NCBI RefSeq assembly: GCF_006345805.1
Contig: NC_043003.1
Span: 93,124,001-93,188,000 of the forward strand
DNA length: 64,000 bases
DNA from: Octopus sinensis
Taxonomy: Eukaryota
Direction: 5' to 3'
A program made the position numbers and the translations under genes. Positions 55,791 to 64,000 of this stretch are shown one piece after another (position 1 is the stretch's first letter; each line of letters starts with the position of its first letter). The notes under the pieces were generated by a model that saw only the letters and a program-made list of their open reading frames with translations, made no database searches and was not told where the DNA came from.

Positions 55791-55989
55791 GACCGCGTGT
55801 GTATCGTTGGTGATTTTCTTTCTCCGTCTTCCCTTCCTTGGACCTTTCCTTTTTTCTATATTTCTGACGAAGAGCTCCGCGCGAAACGTTAAATCCTCCT
55901 TCTTTCTCTCCTTTCCTGAGCGTCCAATAACACTATACTTGTTCCACGCCCTCGCGTTGTGTTTTCTCTTTGTTCATGTTTGGATTAAC
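55791..55989 (+). mobile_element. Penelope-like element terminal repeat (related copies at 59676-59831 + and 50424-50500 -)
   Basis: Three homologous copies share CTCGCGTTG..TGTTTGGATTAAC, and this one carries a hammerhead-like motif. The family assignment is inferred from that motif only; no RT or GIY-YIG sequence was seen. Confidence 0.5.
55860..55894 (+). ncRNA. Candidate minimal type I hammerhead ribozyme motif
   Basis: ATTT-CTGACGA-A-GAGC TCC GCGC-GAAA-CGTT-AAAT: core boxes present, 4-bp stem I, stem II with one mismatch, palindromic ACGT stem III. Confidence 0.45.
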
Positions 55990-55990
55990 G

Positions 55991-56050
<60 letters not shown>

Positions 56051-56829
56051 ATATACTTACATAATAAAGCCAATTTTGAATCATTCTATATAAATATAAA
56101 TTTAGGCAATTTTATGGAAGTATCGGCCAGTATTCCCCCATGCCGCATCTAGAACCCCTGACTGACGTTTTGTGCATCGTATTTAGCACCATCATAGCTC
56201 ATTAGAGCAAGAAGATGTCAGAAAAGTTTCTGATTTCTGCGCGGTTCGATAAGTATTTCTTGTAGGAATTTCTTCAGGTACCGTTTGAAGATTATAGTAT
56301 CATTTTCTTGATTTTTGTTTTAAACACTGCCAACAAGTACCTTGGATTCTCCCAGCGGAGACCAAAAATTTGGGCCAAGTTTCCCGCTTGAGTATACCCT
56401 TTGTCATCTATTCTAAATTTTCGGAGGGTTTTTAAAGAATCCTGAACGCTGACCTTTCTCTTGAGCAATAAAAAAAAAGAAAATTAGAGCTCAGTTGTGA
56501 TAACAATGTTTTATAATGTGGTTATGGTGCTGTGTGTTCTTTGATATGTCTAGGTCAGAAATTGGGGAAATTTCTAAGCTGGTTATTCTTTCATTCTTTT
56601 ACTCGTTTCCGTCATTTGACTGCGGCCATGCTGGAGTACCGCCTTGATGGGTTTTAGTGAAACAAATCGACCTCAAGACTAATATATCTTAAACCTAGTA
56701 CTTATTCTATCGGTCTCTTTTGCTGAACCGCTAAGTTACGAGGGAATTAAACACCAACACCGGTTGTGAAGCGGTGATGAGAGTGGGGACGAACTCAGAC
56801 ACAAAGATACACACATAGATAGATACATA

Positions 56830-57505
56830 TATGATTTGGAAATAACTTGCACATGCAAGGGCTATCAGTCGAAAGCTCCGCATCTCGGAAGCCAGCAAGT
56901 GTATGGGGTCACCAGGAGAGAATGCGCGCCGCTTCGGGGCCTACTTCCGGACAACATCATTGCGTACCGGCTCCTCTCACTGGAATGAGGCCTCGCTTGC
57001 AAGATCAACTGGTTATCAGATGTAGCTCAATATTCTTCTAGCCATCGCTCATCATCTCTTTTTAACCAAATCCAGTGGTATATCTTTTCCGTTGTATTTT
57101 GGATATCACTCATGGTGGTATTTACTTTACGATAAATTAGGCCTAACGAGAATAACAGTTACCTCACTCTGTGTCCAACGAATCCTCTGCATCCGACTTC
57201 GATTGGAAAATACTCCGCTTTCCAGCCTGCGTTTTCACATTCCTCGAGGAGGTTTACATAACGGTCGATCTTTCGAGTCCGAGCGGTGTCCTTATTATCT
57301 TCACGAGGAACCGTTAACTCGACTAGATTTACCACTTTCCTTCTCTCACATTATACCATGATATCCGATTCCTTCGCAACTGGGATGGGAAAGACTCCCT
57401 GGTACCCCGGCAAATCTTCAGTCACCTCCCAAATAGCCGCTCCACCCCTCGTCGCTCACAAGAACTCTCTTCTTCCTCTTGAAACGGATCCGCTGTCCTG
57501 AGCGC
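56830..57505 (-). mobile_element. HERO-like (RLE-type) non-LTR retrotransposon 3' fragment
   Basis: Minus strand SDIMV*CERRKVVNLVELTVPREDN...RKIDRY...GWKAEYFPIEVGCRGF...HWIWLKRD, an RLE C-terminal pattern. Stop at ~57027. Confidence 0.75.
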
Positions 57506-57584
57506 ACGAAAGCAATGAAGGCTCTAGTTGGTACCCTTAATGGTTTTCGCCACTGTTGATGATAGAAATTTGGCTGCCTACAGA

Positions 57585-57640
<56 letters not shown>

Positions 57641-58523
57641 GACAGGCTTCTTTCAGTTTTCGTCTACAAGTGGGACTGAACCCAGAACCATGTGGTTGGG
57701 AAGCAAGCTTTTTAACACGCCTGCGCCAAGGTAACGATGATGATATATTTTGTTGTTCGGAAGATTTTCAAACACTTTATGCAACGATTACGATATACGC
57801 TCAACACTGTTCAAATGCTGTACCTCTAACAGTATGGCATGTGAGAGAGAATAGAGAGTAAGAGTCTCGATTTGGGAGATTTTCAAACACAGATTAGATG
57901 GTATATTTTCAACATTCTATAAATGCTATAGCAGCCCTCACAGCGTGTCATTAGAGAAAATGGAATGTAAGTACTTATGATTATTCCAGTAATCAAGGTT
58001 TGTTTTTCAAATATTTGTTTTTTGTTATAATTTTCATAATTAATTTGCTCGCAAAAAAAAGAAAAAAATCAACTAATATATCTCATCCTTATTCTGCTCG
58101 GTGACCTATATTATATTCAAAACTTTCAACACACCCTTAAATTCTTCACTTATAAAACAATTAGCACAACAACAGCACCATTTTCGACACACACACTACT
58201 TCATCTATAACCTCGAATCCACCTGCGCACATCTGCACTCCTCCGTACTTGATGTACACAAAAGTACCACACACAAATAAAACAAACTCCTCAAAACTAC
58301 CATATCAAACACGACAACCGTTCGAAGTCGAACTCGTTCCTCATAAATACAATATCATTCCTTAAAGTTTCAAAGCAGGAGGTACTTACTAAGAATGAAC
58401 TTACAATTGACATTGACTTTTCCAAGGCCCATACATACATACATACATACATACATACATACATACACGCACGCACATACACATACCCCCCTCTTTCTCT
58501 CTCTCTCTCTATATATATATATA

Positions 58524-58990
58524 GACTCGAAAGAGTCCAGAGGCTGGCTACCCGCATGGTTCATGGTCTCAAAAATTTGTCCTACGAAGAAAGGCTGAGG
58601 ACGCTCGACCTTTGTTCTCTTGAAAAACGCCGCCGCCGTGGTGATCTCATTCTCGCCCACAACATCATAAGCGGGAAGTGTAACCTCTCGAAAGAGCTGT
58701 TCTTCACTCCTGCTCCGGAGCGTCGGCTGCGGGGTCATTCCGAAAAGCTCTACCTGCGACGATTTCATCTCAATCGAAGGAGAGGAGCTTTCTCCGTCCG
58801 GGTTGCGGATCCGTGGAACAAGCTGCCAGACGAGATGGTGAAGATGCCGACGGCCGCTTTGTTCAAAGCCTCCCTGGACCTCAAGTGGCCTGAACTCTTT
58901 ACATGAACACCACCCTGTACTTAACTCCATGTCCCCCTACATGGCCTTGCTATTTGCTTTTGAGCCAAATTAACTAACTAACTAACTAAC
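58524..58990 (+). mobile_element. 5'-truncated CR1 LINE inserted in a (TA)n tract
   Basis: LERVQRLATRMVHGLKNLSYEERLRTLDLCSLEKRRRRGDLI..RGHSEKL..FSVRVADPWNKLP, with an (AACT)n tail. Confidence 0.93.
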
Positions 58991-59019
58991 ATATATATAT
59001 ATATAATATATATATAGAT

Positions 59020-59076
<57 letters not shown>

Positions 59077-59124
59077 AATGCATAGGTAGGTAAATAGATA
59101 CACAATTTGTAAATTTAACAGTAG

Positions 59125-59132
59125 ATGATCTG

Positions 59133-59188
<56 letters not shown>

Positions 59189-59600
59189 TAATAATAATAA
59201 TATAATAATGAAATTATTGTAAACAGTGCTCAGGTGCACCACAACTTGTCAAAAGTGCGTATAAAGTATATTCAGTAATGTACAAATGTCTGGAAAGCGA
59301 ACAGTGTATGTGTCAGATACATGATTGCGTGTGTATGGAGGGGAAAAAATCAGGTGTAGTGTTGACGAATCTCAGGAAGCATGGAAGTTTTGAAGGATGC
59401 AGTGCTCCGACAACTAACAACTGATGCTGGCAGTTTGTTCCATGCTTCAGCAACTCTTAGCGTGAAAAATGTTTCCGAAAGTCATGGGAGCTGTGCTGTT
59501 TTCTGACTTTGTAAACATGTCCACGGGAGTTAGACAGGTGGAGTTTGAAAAGGTGCTCAGAGTTATTGTTAGTAAGATGGTTAATAATTTAATGGGTGTC
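59125..59600 (-). mobile_element. CR1 LINE 3' fragment with (TTA)n tail
   Basis: Minus strand SRGHVYKVRKQ..FTLRVAEAWNKLPASVV..STASFK (one frameshift). Confidence 0.8.
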
Positions 59601-59834
59601 TATATTTATACTTGCTTTAAAATAAGCTCAACTTAAATTATATATAAACTTTATATATATATATATTCAAAATGTGACCACGTGTGTACCGTTGGCGATT
59701 TTTTTTTCCTCTGTCTTCCCTTCTCTGGATCTTTCCTTCTCCTATGTTTCCGACGAAGAGCTCCAATAATACTATATTTGTTCCACATCCTCGCGTTGTT
59801 GTGTTTTTTTGTGCTTTCTTGTTTGGATTAACTT

Positions 59835-59883
<49 letters not shown>

Positions 59884-60523
59884 CATATGTAATATTCTTA
59901 ATAATAAAGTGTATGGAGACTTGTACATCTACGAAATTTATGTTATCGTTTTATATATAGCATATTATAATGACCTAGGCGTATTTCCACTGCCGTGACT
60001 TCTCACTGTTGCAAATGCAGCCTTGCAGAATTGTCGGTACAACTTCATCAGGGTCCGTCCATTTGATCATCCTCGAAGTGAACTGATTGAAGTAAAATTT
60101 TGTTAGTGTTCTGTGGGAGGTGTGTGTGTAGTTACTTATGTGTTGTTGATCTCAACTTAGCCCCAGTCGCTGTCGCAAGTTACGGCTTGGTCTTCAAATA
60201 GGTTTAGATCGAGACCGTTGTTTTTGCAGCGGAAACACGCGTACGTCATTATAATATGATGTATATAACTATAAACTATATAACTATAACTATAAAATAA
60301 ATTTTGTGGATGTACAAGTCTCTATACTCCTTATAATTATTAATATAATACAATATTTACTGTCCAACGAAAAGAACACGGAATTACCCATCGGAAGAAT
60401 CCACGGAGTGACTAACAGCTAAATGTAGTCACAGACGTTAGATACCGATCGTTGTGGTTAGCCGTTAAGTAGAACTTAACTGGGAGCCGATATCAGGATA
60501 AAATATCCCTCCAAACTCACTTA

Positions 60524-60554
<31 letters not shown>

Positions 60555-60997
60555 CTTATATATATATATATATACTCTTACTCTTTTACTTGTTTCAGTC
60601 ATTTTGACTGTTGCCATGCTGGAGCACCGCCTTTAGTCGACCAAATCGACCCCAGGACTTATTCTTTGTAAGCCTAGTACTTATTCTATCGGTCTCTTTT
60701 GCCGAACCGCTTCGGTTGTCAAGCGATGCTGGGGGGTCAAACACAGACACACAAACATATATATATATATACATATGTATGACGGGCTTCTTTCAGTTTC
60801 CGTCTACCAAATCCACTCACAAGACTTTGGTCGGCCCGAGGCTATAGTAGAAGACACTTCCCGAAGGTGCCACGCAGTGGGACTGAACCCGGAACCATGT
60901 GGTTGGTAAGCAAGATACTTACCACACTGCCACTCCTACGCCTAAATTTATTTATTTATTTATTTATTTATATATATATGTATGTGTGTGTGTATGT

Positions 60998-61039
<42 letters not shown>

Positions 61040-62916
61040 TTCATATATAGATATATATAGGAGCATGCATAAATATATATACATTTATGCATGCATATAT
61101 ATATGTCAAGTTATATATAAAAATAATTTGACAATCACCTGCATTTACTCAATAGTATTTTACATAGAGTACATATTTGTTAACTTTTACAAGGAAAAGG
61201 TGACGGTGACTGCCAAGTTCTGGCTTACCTGCTAGCAGCTGATTGCGTCATGCCGGCTGGTAAGCCAGAACATTAATATCACTGTCAACCGTTTCCTTGT
61301 AAAAATTCTCACACACACACACACACACACAAGCGTGCGCGTGCACAAGAGAGAGATAGAGAGAGAGAAAGAGAAAGAGAGAGACAGAGAGAGAGAGAGA
61401 GAGAAGGGAGAGAGAGTGGAAGAGAAAAAGAGGGGAAAAAAATTAGTAATATCTAATCCACTCATTTATGGCTCATCGATACCACCTGATGTTCTGTTAC
61501 ACATATTTCTTTTAATGCTAGGCAATATCGATCTGCAGCTAACGGCAAGACGAGACCATATCATTCTAAATCTCGAGGGAAAATTTATAACCCCAATAGG
61601 AATTTTGCTATGTACATTGTAAGTCGTGAAAGAATATTGCTATACTACAGAAAAGCTGTTTGGCAATGTTTTTCGTAAAAATGAGCCAGCGAGTGAATCT
61701 CTACCAAGTTCCTTTGACCTGCAAAAAGAAAAAAAGAAGCGGCCAAATCTGTCCCAAACTACGCTCTAACATCTTATATGGGAATGTCATATTGTCATGA
61801 TGTAGCTATAGGTGGATAGAGTTTGGGGAACGAAAAGAAAAAAATAGTATAATTTTGGCTGGAACGTAGTGACGGACCTGGACAGGATGAGGCCCTGAGC
61901 TTCTTGTTAACTATTACGTTGGAAAGGTCCAGAAAAGTGCAAACATGTATGCCTTTTAATTATTTTGAGACCCCTAGGGATTGTGAAACTCTAGTCTGTA
62001 GCATGCATAGCTTTATGGCAACCTCCGATACTGAATAAACGTCTTTGATCAGAGATCTGCTTGTGTAGGAATGACCAGCGACAAAGTAAACATGATCCAA
62101 TCAGAGGGTAACACGTAGAATACTTCTTCTATTTTGTTCTTGTGCTGAATTATGAGTTTTATCGAAAATCCTGAAAGCAGATACCTAACACCATTAAATA
62201 CGCCAATGACCTTATCTGTTGACCCAGACAAAACTTCAGCGACTTAGATTTGAATATCAAAAGATTACGTGAATATATAGATTTTATTCTCCTGTCGAGG
62301 CAACCTAACACGATTGACTGGTATGGACGTTTTAGACACGATTTCTCGACAAATGCTTTCTAGTTGTTATAAGACCAAACAATTTACAACCTCGAATAGC
62401 CTTTCTTCAGTTGTGTTTCGTTCCTTTCATTTGTCACTAATCTTCCTCTGTTCTCCCTCTTATATTATTCCCCTCTATCTCTTTATATATATATCTCCCT
62501 CCTTTATCCTCATTCCACCCTCTCTTTGCACACACATACTTTTTCCTCCTTCTCTCTCTTTACATCACGTCACTCACTCTTACTCTCTGTTTCTTTATCT
62601 AACTTTACTCTGCATAATATCCCCAACCTCTTTCTCCAGCTGTGTGTCTTTCTCTCTTTATTTCTCATTATCTCTTTATCTTGATCCATTTCTCCCTTCT
62701 CCCTATCACCAACCGACCCTTTTCTCTTTGTGTTTCACTTTCTCATCTCTTTTACGGCCAATGTCGCTTAAAATATTATTTTTCTTCATCATGTGACCAT
62801 TGCGATCACATAACCATATACAAGGGAGAAATGATGTCAAGAAATAATAAATATTATATATCTTCTACTTTGAATTTAGAACTTTATTTTAATTTGCATA
62901 ACCAGTCATGTACATG

Positions 62917-63014
62917 TATGTATGTATGTATGTATGTATGTATGTATGTATGTATGTATGTATGTTATGTATGTATGTATGTATGTATGCATGTATGTAT
63001 GCATGCATGTATGC

Positions 63015-63047
<33 letters not shown>

Positions 63048-63148
63048 TGTATGTATGTATGTATGTATGTATGTATGTATGTATGTATGTGTGTATGTAT
63101 GTGTGTATACATGTATACAGAACGGGAGATACATATACATACATACAT
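62917..63148. repeat. (TATG)n microsatellite
   Basis: Direct observation. Confidence 0.97.
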
Positions 63149-63149
63149 G

Positions 63150-64000
63150 ATGATGATAATGGCTGTTCACTCGTGACCGAGGAAGACTATTGTTGAGCTT
63201 TAGGAACATTGTGCGCTCTAGGACTAACTAATATTTTGTGTTTGCGGCTCCGTTGGTGGCTAATAAGCCCTGCTCTTGACAAGTACACAAGACTGTAAAC
63301 ATTTCAAACCAAGTTTTCCCCATTCACTAGCAGTGTGCTTTCGAGCAGCATGCTTAAATTCTTCACGCAGAATATGTGCTCTTTCAGAGGTATTGTTCCC
63401 CTCCTTCACCTGCTTCCTCCATCTGTGGCGATGACAAGCATTGCCCTCCCAGTCAGTCTCCTGCATATCATAGGCCTTTAAAGAGGACTTGAGACAGACC
63501 TTAAATCGCAGCCTTGGTTTCTGCCAGGGTATCTTTCCACCACCTAGTTCCCTATATAGCATCTGTTTAGGGATCCTGCTATCCTTCATTCTAATAAGGT
63601 GTCCAGTCCAATATAACTGGTGCTTGTGCACCATTGCCTCAATACTCAAGATATCAGCTTTCCTCAGGACCTGTGTGTCTGGAGTTTTAAAGGCCCAGCC
63701 AACATTCAAAATGTGTCTCAGACATCTTCCTGAGAGATCGCTGCAATAGTGATTCTACTCTGTAATAGTAGGCAAGTGATAGATTTCTCTGTGCAGCTGA
63801 AAGTCTTCTGTGCAGTAATACATTGTAGGCATGACGCTATACCACCAATAGTTACTGAAGGTCAGCATAATTTTCATCAAACCATTCTCTGTGTCTGGCC
63901 TGTAGCATATCCCAGTGTTTCAGCAGCACATTGAAGAACCTGGTCTCGAAAATCTTCCCGTACTGTAGTATTTTCAATGCTGAACAAGCGAGTCTGAAGT
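63150..64000 (-). mobile_element. Internally deleted RTE (BovB-like) LINE
   Basis: Tether remnant FRDQVLQCAAETLGY..WFDEN is fused to post-RT RCLRHILNVGW..QLYWTGHLIRM.DSRIPKQMLY. (ATC)n tail. Confidence 0.8.

Noticed and set aside
62314-62796. 160-aa S/L/F-rich ORF
   Set aside because: Translation of a pyrimidine-rich degenerate (CT)n tract.

Overview
AT-rich, microsatellite-dense animal genomic DNA. The SINE and LINE repertoire suggests an Octopus species; this comes from recognising repeat families, not from a search. Only one host coding exon is supported: the first coding exon of a calpain (CAPN5/Tra-3-like) at 41601-41813 on the minus strand. No second exon was found by eye, so 1-41600 is probably all intron 1. 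The rest is transposon-derived or simple repeat. It includes a near-intact CR1-clade ORF2 (47.3-50.4 kb), 3' fragments of CR1, RTE, R4/Dong-like and HERO-like LINEs, and many tRNA-derived SINEs. It also holds three non-autonomous Helitrons, mariner- and hAT-derived MITEs, Penelope-like ends with hammerhead-like motifs, and a ~5.4 kb compound TA/CA array. The most notable observations are: (i) four fold-back inverted duplications, each with one outer edge against a (TA)n tract, which could be real or an assembly artefact; (ii) a SINE and a CR1 LINE sharing a 3' stem-loop with compensatory base changes; (iii) minimal hammerhead-like motifs; (iv) a Cys3/Cys4 calpain N-terminus. The long Y/I/H/T/C/V-rich ORFs in the track are microsatellite translations. 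No CRISPR, rRNA or true tRNA gene was seen.
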